NCBI GenBank assembly: GCA_025362315.1
Contig: JANYGP010000031.1
Span: 59,886 to 123,885, forward strand
DNA: 64,000 bases
Origin: Polaromonas sp.
Lineage (GTDB): Bacteria; Pseudomonadota; Gammaproteobacteria; Burkholderiales; Burkholderiaceae_C
Reading direction: 5' to 3'
The notes below the pieces were generated by a model, which searched no databases, was not told the DNA's origin, and saw only the letters and a program-made list of their open reading frames with translations. The translations under genes and the position numbers were made by a program. This document shows, one piece after another, positions 12,624 through 21,644 of this stretch (position 1 is its first letter; each line of letters begins with the position of its first letter).

Positions 12624-13163
12624 TTAAGGGGTTTCAACTTTCTTCGGCCACTCAACAAATTGAGGTGAATAACCGCGGGATGTCAACCAGTCTGCCAGCG
12701 CATAGCCCGTACCGGCAGGCCAGCACTTGATGGCATCGCAGTCATAAAGCTTGTATTCCACCAGTTCTGGCGATAACACAACATCTCCGGTGCACACCGC
12801 ATGGTAGGCAATGATGATCTGGTTCATGCGCTGAAAGTCATACACGCCAATCAGGCCCAGGGACGTCGTGTCCAGGCTGGTTTCTTCCTTGATCTCCCGG
12901 GCAATGCCGCCTTGCGGTGTTTCGCCTGCCTCCATGAACCCGGTGATCAGCGCAAACATGCGGCCTGACCACGCCGCGTTGCGGGCCAGCAGAACCTGGC
13001 CTTTGTATTCGATGACCGCAGCCAGCACCGGCGTCGGGTTGTTCCAGTGGGTATAGTCACACGCCGGACAACGCAAGCGGGCTTTTTCGCCACCATCTTC
13101 AAGCTGCATCACCATGTCAAGCGGTGTAGCGCACTGCGGGCAAAATTTAAAAGTGTTTGTCAT
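12624..13163 (-). CDS. Zn-ribbon NUDIX hydrolase (NudC-like)
   Basis: FCPQC...CPAC plus GFMEAGETPQGGIAREIKEET Nudix box. Confidence 0.88.
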   Translation of the reverse strand: MTNTFKFCPQCATPLDMVMQLEDGGEKARLRCPACDYTHWNNPTPVLAAVIEYKGQVLLARNAAWSGRMFALITGFMEAGETPQGGIAREIKEETSLDTTSLGLIGVYDFQRMNQIIIAYHAVCTGDVVLSPELVEYKLYDCDAIKCWPAGTGYALADWLTSRGYSPQFVEWPKKVETP

Positions 13164-13170
13164 TGTTTAA

Positions 13171-13238
13171 TGCTATTATTTCAGGAGCTGCTAACGCCCA
13201 TATTTATTGGGCTGTAAGCTTTTTATATACCGAAAAAA
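13171..13238 (+). repeat. 66-bp TGCTAT repeat, intergenic NUDIX-cysM
   Basis: TGCTATTATTTCAGGAGC-TGCTAACGCCCA-TATTTAT-TGGGC. Confidence 0.85.
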
Positions 13239-13254
13239 CGGTCCAAATCACAAA

Positions 13255-14157
13255 TCAGGCAGGAAACACGCCCGTCGACAAATAGCGGTCCCCCCGGTCA
13301 CAAACGATAAAAACAATCACGGCGTTTTGCGTCGATCTGGCAATTTCCTGCGCCACCCAGCATGCGCCCGCTGCTGAAATACCTGCAAAGATACCTTCAT
13401 CACGGGCCATCTGGCGGCACATGTCTTCCGCATCGCTTTGGCTGACTTCCACCAGTTGGTCCACATGGCTGGCGTCATATATGGCAGGCAGGTACGCTGC
13501 TGGCCATTTACGGATTCCCGGTATGCGGGATCCTTCAGAAGGTTGCGCGCCGATGATTTGGATGGCGGGGTTTTTTTCTTTCAGATAACGCGACACGCCG
13601 GTGATGGTGCCAGTGGTGCCCATGGCGCTGACAAAGTGGGTGACGCTTCCTGACGTGTCTGACCATATTTCCGGGCCGGTGGTTTCATAGTGGGCGCGTG
13701 GGTTGTCCATGTTGGCAAACTGGTCCAGAACGCGGCCTTTGCCCTCAGACTGCATGCGCTCGGCCAGGTCACGGGCGTGTTCCATGCCGCCGCTTTTTGG
13801 CGTCAACAGCAGCTCGGCGCCAAAGGCTTTCATGGTTTGCGCGCGTTCAATGGACAGATCCTCCGGCATGATCAAAATCATCCGGTAGCCTTTGATGGCA
13901 GCTGCCATGGCCAGTGCAATGCCAGTGTTGCCAGATGTGGCCTCAATCAGCGTGTCGCCTGGCTGGATGTCACCGCGCTCTTCAGCACGTTTGATCATCG
14001 CAATCGCGGGGCGGTCCTTGACAGATCCTGCGGGGTTGTTGCCCTCCAGCTTGCCCAGAATCACATTGCCGCGTTGTTCATTTTCTTTAGCGCCAATGCG
14101 CTGCAAACGAACCAGGGGTGTTTTGCCAATGACGTCTTCGAGAGTGGGGTAATTCAT
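13255..14157 (-). CDS. cysM: Cysteine synthase B
   Basis: KLEGNNPAGSVKDR, TSGNTG, MGTTGT, DRGDRYLSTG. Confidence 0.95.
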   Translation of the reverse strand: MNYPTLEDVIGKTPLVRLQRIGAKENEQRGNVILGKLEGNNPAGSVKDRPAIAMIKRAEERGDIQPGDTLIEATSGNTGIALAMAAAIKGYRMILIMPEDLSIERAQTMKAFGAELLLTPKSGGMEHARDLAERMQSEGKGRVLDQFANMDNPRAHYETTGPEIWSDTSGSVTHFVSAMGTTGTITGVSRYLKEKNPAIQIIGAQPSEGSRIPGIRKWPAAYLPAIYDASHVDQLVEVSQSDAEDMCRQMARDEGIFAGISAAGACWVAQEIARSTQNAVIVFIVCDRGDRYLSTGVFPA

Positions 14158-14196
14158 GAGCGCTAATATGCCATAATCTGGGGCTGCACAAGCGTT

Positions 14197-14281
14197 GCCC
14201 GGGTGGTGGAATTGGTAGACGCACGGGACTCAAAATCCCGCGCCGCGAGGCGTGCCGGTTCGATTCCGGCCCCGGGCACCA
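14197..14281 (+). tRNA. tRNA-Leu(CAA)
   Basis: Acceptor stem GCCCGGG/CCCGGGC plus ACCA, D-loop TGGTAGAC, anticodon arm CGGGA-CTCAAAA-TCCCG, long variable arm, GGTTCGATTCC. Confidence 0.97.
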
Positions 14282-14344
14282 GCCTTGAATGGTTTCAACG
14301 TTTTTTTGCATTTGCGAACCACACGCCTCTGGCCTGTTTTGCTG

Positions 14345-14386
14345 CAGCGCATCGATGCGCGGGTTCGGCTCCGGCCTTGGGCACCA
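14345..14386 (+). repeat. Degenerate copy of the 3' half of tRNA-Leu (att-like scar)
   Basis: 14362-14386 ggttcggctccggccttgggcacca matches tRNA 14257-14281 at 21/25 positions; preceded by variable-arm-like hairpin gcgca-tcga-tgcgc. Confidence 0.75.
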
Positions 14387-14463
14387 TCCCCAACGGTCAC
14401 GTTGGCTTTCGCACCTGCGAAAGATGCGTTAACGATGACAATACTGTCGCTTGATTTGCAGAT

Positions 14464-14883
14464 TCAATTTGTCACTCCCACCCTTTGCAAACCAGCTTTT
14501 TTGGCCATAATCAAAACAGCGGTGACAAACCCGTAAGGCGCGTCGGGTGCTGGCAGAACATGAATTTCGGGTTGCTGGGGTTGCTGGGCTGAAATGGCCA
14601 TTTGTTCACTGATATCGTTCAGCGTGGTCAGTTTTGTCCCGGCCCAAAAGACAAATCCCTGGGCATCAATTTCCACCACCACAATTTCTGGCTCCATGCT
14701 GCCGGATTGCCTGGAAGGCATGTCGATTTTGAGCGCGTAAAGCGGTACAGGAACAGTGATCATCAGCATGATGACAAGCGCCATCAGCACACCCACCAGA
14801 GGCGTGGTGTTTATGTCGCTCGAGGGTGCAACCTCAATTGGGGTCGCCGTCTGGGGTGACAAATAGCGTGTGTACAGTTTCAT
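14464..14883 (-). CDS. ExbD/TolR-family protein lacking the conserved transmembrane Asp
   Basis: DINTTPLVGVLMALVIM TM (Gly where family has Asp), C-terminal APYG.V..V...AKKAG..RVG. Confidence 0.85.
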   Translation of the reverse strand: MKLYTRYLSPQTATPIEVAPSSDINTTPLVGVLMALVIMLMITVPVPLYALKIDMPSRQSGSMEPEIVVVEIDAQGFVFWAGTKLTTLNDISEQMAISAQQPQQPEIHVLPAPDAPYGFVTAVLIMAKKAGLQRVGVTN

Positions 14884-15305
14884 TTTTCAGCTGGCTCTGT
14901 GCTCAAGCTGACATGCGAAAAGCCGTGGCCCTGTGCAGTGTCAATCACCTGACCGACATATGCGTACGGTGCGTTGACGTCAGCACGAATCTGAAGTGCC
15001 GGCTGCGGTGTCTGGCTGGCAATTTTTCCCATCATGCTGGACAAAACCTGAATGTCTGGCGCAAATGCATTGTTGAAATAAAGATTGCCCAGCCTGTCCA
15101 CGCTGACAAGCACATGTTTGCCGCTGTTGTCATGCCATCGGGCAGGCGCCACCGGCAAACTGACGTTCACGCCGGCGCTGTAAACAGGAAGGGTGATCAA
15201 AAAAATAACCAGCAACACCAGCATCACATCCGCCAGCGGCGTGGTGTTGATGCTGACCAGCCAGCCATCTTCCGCATCACTGTCAGGGCAGGAATAAAGT
15301 GGCAT
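14880..15305 (-). CDS. ExbD/TolR-family protein
   Basis: INTTPLADVMLVLLVIFLIT, IRAD...PY..V..V. Confidence 0.9.
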   Translation of the reverse strand: MPLYSCPDSDAEDGWLVSINTTPLADVMLVLLVIFLITLPVYSAGVNVSLPVAPARWHDNSGKHVLVSVDRLGNLYFNNAFAPDIQVLSSMMGKIASQTPQPALQIRADVNAPYAYVGQVIDTAQGHGFSHVSLSTEPAEK

Positions 15306-15337
15306 GTTGACGGGTCGGCCTTGTGGCTGCTGTATGG

Positions 15338-16540
15338 TTAAAGTTTGATGTCAGGCGAAGCATCGGGTGAGCTCAAGTAAACATTCGAGGCCCCAACGCC
15401 TGATCTGAATTCTGATTCAAGATACACATCAGATTCGACAGAAGCTTCAGATGATTCAGATGATTCAGATTCTTCGGGTGCTGCAGGTGACGCTTCAACG
15501 TTTGTTGCCTGCGCAGGCTGTGCCGTCAGGTCCGTGGTGGCCAGCAGCAAACTGTGAAGCTGCGCGCCAAAACTGCGCACGCCCTCAAAAGCCAGCTTGT
15601 TTTGCCGCAGCAACCAGTTGTAGCCAAATACCGCTGGCACAGCCACTGCCAGGCCAAGGGCTGTCATGATCAATGCCTGGCCAACCGGGCCAGCCACACG
15701 GTCAATCGAAGCCAGTCCGGTCGCACTGATTTTGACCAGCGCTGCATAAATTGCCCATACGGTTCCAAACAGTCCCACAAACGGCGCTGTGGACCCTACT
15801 GTTGCCAGCAGGCCTAAGCCGCTCTGCAGACGGGTTTGCAGGGTGTTTAAAGCTTGCTCAATGGCGCGCACCAGCCAGGTGTCGTAGTCCACACGCGGCT
15901 TGAGCGCAGCATACTGATGCACAGCCACGCTGCCAGCGTCAGCCACGTACCTGACCGGGTTGTCCAGCGTCAGCGTTGCCATGTGGCTGGCAAACATGCG
16001 CACATCCTGAAAAACATGGGCAGCATTTTGTGTCTGGTTTTTCAGGCGCCGCAGCGCGAGCAATCGGGTCAGCAACGCATACCAGCTGGCAAATGACATC
16101 AAACCCAGGATCAGCAGGCAGGCCTGGGTGACCCAGTCCCCCTGCTGCCACAGTGCCGACAGGCCATCTGGATTGGCGGCATCCGGGTTCGGCGCTGCTG
16201 CCGGTTTGGCCTTGGCGGAATTTCCCTGGGCCTGTTTGCCAACCGCGTCTGTCAAAGGTCCAATCGCACTCGGCGATGATGCACTTGTACCTGCACCTGC
16301 ACCTGCACTGGCACTGGCACTGGCACTGGCACTTGCACTTGCACTTGCACTTGCACTCTGCGCAGATGCCGCCAGCGTGGTGCTGAGCTGGTCCTGGCCA
16401 GCTGCGCCCACGGGCCCCATCAACAGGGCAGCGCCAATCATCAAAGCGCCCCACAACACGGCTGGGCGTACAGGGCGGTTTGGGGACATGGGTGTGCAAA
16501 GTTTTGACAGCAATCCGTCACCGAATATTTTATTTTTCAT
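15338..16540 (-). CDS. ExbB/TolQ/MotA proton channel protein with N- and C-terminal low-complexity extensions
   Basis: LATVGSTAPFVGLFGTVW, ALIMTALGLAVAVPAV..YN. Confidence 0.9.
   Translation of the reverse strand: MKNKIFGDGLLSKLCTPMSPNRPVRPAVLWGALMIGAALLMGPVGAAGQDQLSTTLAASAQSASASASASASASASASAGAGAGTSASSPSAIGPLTDAVGKQAQGNSAKAKPAAAPNPDAANPDGLSALWQQGDWVTQACLLILGLMSFASWYALLTRLLALRRLKNQTQNAAHVFQDVRMFASHMATLTLDNPVRYVADAGSVAVHQYAALKPRVDYDTWLVRAIEQALNTLQTRLQSGLGLLATVGSTAPFVGLFGTVWAIYAALVKISATGLASIDRVAGPVGQALIMTALGLAVAVPAVFGYNWLLRQNKLAFEGVRSFGAQLHSLLLATTDLTAQPAQATNVEASPAAPEESESSESSEASVESDVYLESEFRSGVGASNVYLSSPDASPDIKL
16281..16357. repeat. Hexamer tandem repeat (gcacNN, about 13 units) encoding the Ser-Ala run in ExbB
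   Basis: gcactt/gcactg/gcacct array read directly. Confidence 0.9.
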
Positions 16541-16572
16541 TTTATTTTTTGTTTCTGCTTGTCAACCTGGTT

Positions 16573-16893
16573 TTATTTCAGTGTCTTTTGCGGTGGTGTT
16601 TGCGGCAACGCCAGCATGGCTTCAGCACGGCCAAAGTGCTGACGCCCAAAGTTGATGATTGCCTGTGGGTCTGCTGGACTGGCAACCCCACTGCGACTGC
16701 CCCTGACGTCAAAAGTTTGTGCAACTGCTTCCAGGTTTTTGTTTTGCACGCTGCCTGGCATCACTGTGCCCAGCGGCCAGTACAGGTTGGCCAGCCACAG
16801 CAACCCCACATGAAGCAGGAGCACCAGCAGACCGGCTCCAGGCTGCAAACGTGCTGCTGGCAGTGGCTGCGGTCTGAACAGGCTTGTCGTCAT
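16573..16893 (-). CDS. Small membrane-anchored protein, possible truncated TonB
   Basis: LLVLLLHVGLLWL anchor with His resembles the TonB N-terminal helix; no TonB C-terminal domain; upstream of exbB. Confidence 0.45.
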   Translation of the reverse strand: MTTSLFRPQPLPAARLQPGAGLLVLLLHVGLLWLANLYWPLGTVMPGSVQNKNLEAVAQTFDVRGSRSGVASPADPQAIINFGRQHFGRAEAMLALPQTPPQKTLK

Positions 16894-16918
16894 ATCGCGT
16901 CTGTCAATTTGAACAAAA

Positions 16919-16982
16919 CTTTATAAAATTTATGCAGCCAGGCCAATCATTACGGGCGCAAGCAGCTATTGAATCATGAGCA
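16919..16982 (-). repeat. 66-bp TGCTAT repeat downstream of the M16 protease
   Basis: rc TGCTCATGATTCAATAGC-TGCTTGCGCCCGTAATGATTGGCC. Confidence 0.75.
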
Positions 16983-16986
16983 AATA

Positions 16987-19788
16987 CTATTTTGAAACGA
17001 CATTCAGTGAATCTGGCGTCCCGGCTGCTTTGACTTCGTCCATTGCAGTGACAATTGTGAGTCGGCTGGCCTGAATGTACTTGGCAAATGCGCTTGAAAC
17101 TTGTCTGGCATCCAGCCTGGCCAGCGCATCGTCCAGCACTTGTGCACGCTGGTAGGTACGCTGCGCATACAGGTTTTGTGTCCAGCCAGCGGCCAGACTG
17201 GCGTCGCTGGTCCGGCTTTGCAGGCGTTGCTGCAGCAGACCTGACTGCGCCCGCATCACTTCTTCTGCGGTAAAGCCGTCTTTGGCTGCCCGCTCGATTT
17301 CCTGTGCAATGGCTTCTTCGACCTTCGCCATGTTTTGCGGTGCAGCCGTGGCGCTGATGACAAAACGTCCAGCGCGGTCAAGTGTGTTGATGCTGAGCAC
17401 TGAACTCACGCCATACGTGAGGCCGTCTTTTTGCCTGACCCGCTGCATCAGGCGTGAATTCATGCCCGAGCCGCCGCCAAAGATATTGTTGGCCAGCAGC
17501 AGTGCCGGGTAGTCCGGGTGTTCGTCGGTCATCGGCACGTCCAGGCGCGCCAGATATGTGCCGCTTTCCTTGTCTGGCGTGTTAAGGCGGCTCTTTTTGG
17601 GGCTGACATCTGCGTAAATCGTTTTCATGCGCGTGTACGGCGCAGTGCTGACCCAGCCGGTGAAGGCACTGGCGATCTGCCCGGTGACTGCTTCGGCATC
17701 AAAGTCGCCCACAATTGCCAGTTCGCCCTTGCTGGCACCGTAAAACTGCCGGTGAAAATCCTTGACTTGCTCCAGTGTCACGGCCTTGTAACTGGCAATG
17801 GTGTCATCCAGCGTTTGTGCAGCGCGCATATCGCCGGCCGGATACAGGTTGAACTGCAGCGCCAGAGCCCGGCTGGCCTGGGCAGTCGGGTCACTGCGGC
17901 TGGCCTCCAGGTTGGCAATGGTCTGCTTTTGCTGCGTTTCAAACTCTCTGGCAGGAAAACTCGGGTTGCGCAACACATGACCCGCCAGCTCAATGGCCGC
18001 GCCCAGGTTGTCGCGCGTGGTTTCAAAGCTGGTTGCGCTGCCCGTTACTTTAAGTCTGGACTTTTCATCGGCCAGCTGAACTTTGCTGTACCGGGACGTG
18101 CCTGCCATCATCAAAGCCGACGTCAAAGTGCTCACAGCGCTTTTGCCAAACAGGCTTTGCTCGTCTCCCCAGCGCAGGCGAAGCGACAGGCTGACGGTCT
18201 GCCCCCGGGTTTTTTTGGGGAGCAGCGCCACGGCCAGTCCACCGATTTGCAGCAGCTGCGTGCGTTTGTCAATGTTGGCGGGGCTGGGGTCAAACACCTC
18301 TGCAGTCGCCACGCCTTGTCTGGGACTGAAATCGCGCAGCAATGCCTGAAGCTGCGGCGCAGATGGAATGTCAGCCCGCTGGGGCAGGTCTTCTGGCACA
18401 AAAAAGCCAACGATCCGGTTGTCACGCCTGAAGTAAGATCTGGCCGCATGGCTGACCTCAGCGGGCGTGACTTTGGCGACACGTTCACGGTCATAAAAAA
18501 ACAGCCGCCAGTCGCCAAGTGCCATGTATTCAGACATGCCCACACCAATGCGCTCAGAGTCGGTTAAAAATTTGTCCAGCGCATTAACCGTGGTGCGCCG
18601 CACGCGTTCAACTTCTTCTTCAGTTGGCGGTGTTTTTTCAAGGTTCTCCATCGCCGCGATCAGCGCCGCAGCCACTGGCTCAATGGCATCGCCTTTTTTG
18701 ACTGCAGCGCCCAGCAGCATCAGCCCGGGGGCAGTGCTGCCCACAGGAAAAGCAAACACCTCGGTTGCCTGGCCGGTGCCGACCAGCTGTCTTTGCAGCC
18801 TTCCGCTGGGTTTGCTGGCAAGGATTTGCCCTGCAAACTGGGCCGGTGTGTTGTCGGGGTGCAGTGCGGCGGGCACCTTGTAGGCCACCAGCACATACTG
18901 CAAATCACCCTTGCGACGCACGTAAAAGCTGCGCTCACCGTCCTGTGTGGGCTCCAGCGTCCACTGGACGGGCAGCTGGCGTGTGGGCTTGGGTATAACG
19001 CCAAAAGAGGTGTTGATCCAGTCAAGAGTCTGCTGCGGATCAAACGCGCCTGTGACCAGCAGCACCGCATTGTCTGGCTGGTAGTACGTGCGGTAAAAAC
19101 TGCGCAGGTTTTCTATCCGCACATTTTCAATGTCGCTGCGGTTGCCGATGGTTGACTTGCCGTAGTTGTGCCAATCAAAAGCAATGCTCTGCATGCGCTT
19201 GAAAAGCACATTGAAGGGTGTGTTTTCCCCGCGCTCATATTCGTTGCGCACCACGTTCATTTCGGTGTCCAGATCCTTTTGAGCAACAAACGAGTTGACC
19301 ATGCGGTCTGCTTCCATGCGCAGCGCCCACTGCAAGTTGTCATTGCTGGCCGAAAAGGTCTCAAAATAATTGGTGCGGTCCAGCGAAGTGGTGCCGTTGA
19401 CACGCATGCCGCGCGCATTGAAGTCTTGCGTGATGGCTGGAAAGTTGGACGAGCCTTTGAACAGCAAATGCTCCAGCAAATGCGCCATGCCGGATTCACC
19501 GTAGTTTTCGTGGCGTGAGCCCACCAGATACGTGACATTGACTGTCACAGTGGGTTTGGAAGGGTCTGGGTACAGCAGCACCTTCAGGCCGTTGGCCAGG
19601 CGGTATTCGGTAAAACTTTCAATGCTGGGGCCCTGGGTCATGCCGGGTGCCAGGTTCAAGGCCAGTGCCGGAGGCAACGCCAGCATGCCGGCACATAAAC
19701 AGATGCCTGTCAACACTGGCTTGAAGCACGCGGCTTTAAACAGAATAAACATACAACTCCACAAAGTAGTCAAAACACCCGATGTCAT
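16987..19788 (-). CDS. M16 (pitrilysin/PqqL-like) zinc protease, exported; start uncertain (19752 possible)
   Basis: GMAHLLEHLLFKG HxxEH, NGTTSLDRTNY, SRL...VRQKDGLTY; signal peptide-like N-terminus. Confidence 0.93.
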   Translation of the reverse strand: MTSGVLTTLWSCMFILFKAACFKPVLTGICLCAGMLALPPALALNLAPGMTQGPSIESFTEYRLANGLKVLLYPDPSKPTVTVNVTYLVGSRHENYGESGMAHLLEHLLFKGSSNFPAITQDFNARGMRVNGTTSLDRTNYFETFSASNDNLQWALRMEADRMVNSFVAQKDLDTEMNVVRNEYERGENTPFNVLFKRMQSIAFDWHNYGKSTIGNRSDIENVRIENLRSFYRTYYQPDNAVLLVTGAFDPQQTLDWINTSFGVIPKPTRQLPVQWTLEPTQDGERSFYVRRKGDLQYVLVAYKVPAALHPDNTPAQFAGQILASKPSGRLQRQLVGTGQATEVFAFPVGSTAPGLMLLGAAVKKGDAIEPVAAALIAAMENLEKTPPTEEEVERVRRTTVNALDKFLTDSERIGVGMSEYMALGDWRLFFYDRERVAKVTPAEVSHAARSYFRRDNRIVGFFVPEDLPQRADIPSAPQLQALLRDFSPRQGVATAEVFDPSPANIDKRTQLLQIGGLAVALLPKKTRGQTVSLSLRLRWGDEQSLFGKSAVSTLTSALMMAGTSRYSKVQLADEKSRLKVTGSATSFETTRDNLGAAIELAGHVLRNPSFPAREFETQQKQTIANLEASRSDPTAQASRALALQFNLYPAGDMRAAQTLDDTIASYKAVTLEQVKDFHRQFYGASKGELAIVGDFDAEAVTGQIASAFTGWVSTAPYTRMKTIYADVSPKKSRLNTPDKESGTYLARLDVPMTDEHPDYPALLLANNIFGGGSGMNSRLMQRVRQKDGLTYGVSSVLSINTLDRAGRFVISATAAPQNMAKVEEAIAQEIERAAKDGFTAEEVMRAQSGLLQQRLQSRTSDASLAAGWTQNLYAQRTYQRAQVLDDALARLDARQVSSAFAKYIQASRLTIVTAMDEVKAAGTPDSLNVVSK

Positions 19789-19936
19789 CGCGTAAAACGC
19801 ACATCACCGCAAATGCCATAAGGTTGCAGCTATTTTACTTACACCTGTTACGCCAACAACCAGCGCACAGAGTGCGAACTGGATAAATTTTTAGGCAGCA
19901 TGACAAATTGCTTTTTTTAAGACAATTAAAATAACA

Positions 19937-21598
19937 GTGCAGTTTTGTATTGCGTTTAAAAACGCGGTGAGCGCTGCTAGAACCAGTTTTTTACTGCTGG
20001 TGACGCTGATGTCGTTTTGCAGCCCGGCCATGGCGCAGTTTTCCACCACTGGCGATTTCACCCGCGCAACGCTGGACCCGGGCTGGACCATCACCGGCAC
20101 AGCAAAACTGACCAAAGCCACCGGCGGCAGTGACACTGCAGCTTTGTCTGGCTGGTTGCCGCTGACTGAAAACGCCAACAATGACCAGGGCACGGCGCTC
20201 TACAGCGGTGGCAGTTTCAGTGCCATCACGGGGCTGAACATCAGCTTTAACTACGTGACCTGGGGCGGCGCATTCGGGCTGCCTGCAGGCATGCTGGGTG
20301 CAGACGGCATCGCAGTTTTTTATTTGACGCAACACAAAACATGGGCGGCGCTATCTTGGGTGGTGGCCTGGGTTACTGCAAAGGTGCAGGTGCTTACCTG
20401 GGTATTGGTCTGGATGAGTATGGTAATTTTTCAAACGGTGGTGACCGGTGTACCCAGGGTGGCGGGCCTGGTGTGCAGGTACAGCGTCTGGTCTTGCGCG
20501 GCCCGACCAGCGTGCCGGGCAGCAATCCGGTTGCAGTCAGTCCTTTTGTAGGCAACACGGCAGTCACTGGACTCGTTGACAATGCCACTGTCGATCCCGC
20601 TCTGGTTGCCAACAGGCCAGCTTTTAACCAGGTCAGTGTGCAGCTCACGCCATCCAGCCCGATCGGTTATTCAGTCACTGTGCTGTTTTCAAATACGCCC
20701 GGTGTTGCGCCGTCAGCCACCAACATTACCAATGTGCTGTTTCCTTATGCAGCGCCCACATCACTGAGCGTTGGCATTGCTGCCAGTACCGGCGGTGCTA
20801 AACATATTCATGAGATCAACAACCTGGTGATCACGGGAACCGCGCCGCCGCAGCCTTTTGTCAGCAAGAGTTTTAACCCCGCCACTGTCACGGTAGGTGG
20901 CACCAGCACGCTGCTGCTCACGCTGTTTGCGGCCAACAGCACGCCCAGAACATCGACAACGCTGACAACATCGTTCGCTGACAATTTGCCGGCTGGTGTG
21001 TTGATAGCCACGCCCAATGCACTGAGTGCCAATTGCCCAATCCCGTGACAGCCACAGCTGGCAGCGGGGTGGTCAGCTACCCCGCCAGTACAGTGGTGCC
21101 TGCCAACGGCTGCAGTATTTCTGTCAGCGTGGTCTCAGGCGTTCTGGGGCCTAAGTTCAACACGATACCGGCCGGCGCGCTGGTCACGGCGCAGGGCAGC
21201 AACGCCGTGCCAGCCACAGCCACGCTGACAGTGGTGGCTGTTGCAGCGCCCAGTTTGAGCAAGGCCTTCAGCCCGGTTGTCATGGCTCCCGGTGCAACGT
21301 CCACACTGCAGATCCGGCTAAACAATCCCAACACCATCGCCACCAGCCTGAGTGCGACGCTGACTGACACTTTGCCTGCAGGCATGACCGTCGCAGCGCA
21401 ATGGTACGTGACATACCCAGCCCAGGGCTGAATTGTTTGGGCGGTCAGCTTAGCTGCAATGCCACCAACAGTGCCGCCTGCCCGGGCGTCCTGAGCCTGC
21501 AAAGCTTTTTGCCGGGCGGCACACCTGGTATCGGTTTGGTCATTCCCACATTCCCGAGTGATGGCATCGTGACTATTACGCTGAGCTGTGGCTTTTAG
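19937..21598 (+). pseudogene. Secreted legume-type lectin plus DUF11-like repeat surface protein, broken into four frames
   Basis: Signal peptide, GADGIAVF and GIGLDEYGNF lectin-like motifs, repeats SK(S/A)F.P...G.TSTL...D.LPAG; frame changes at about 20316-20321 (T6), 21036-21038 (C3) and 21398. Confidence 0.75.
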
Positions 21599-21644
21599 GC
21601 GACGGGTCAATGATATTGCTATAAATTCGGTACCTTCCAACGCT

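Noticed and set aside
14282-21644. Intact genomic island or prophage at tRNA-Leu
   Set aside because: No integrase, transposase or phage gene, and no distal att repeat found; only a proximal scar.
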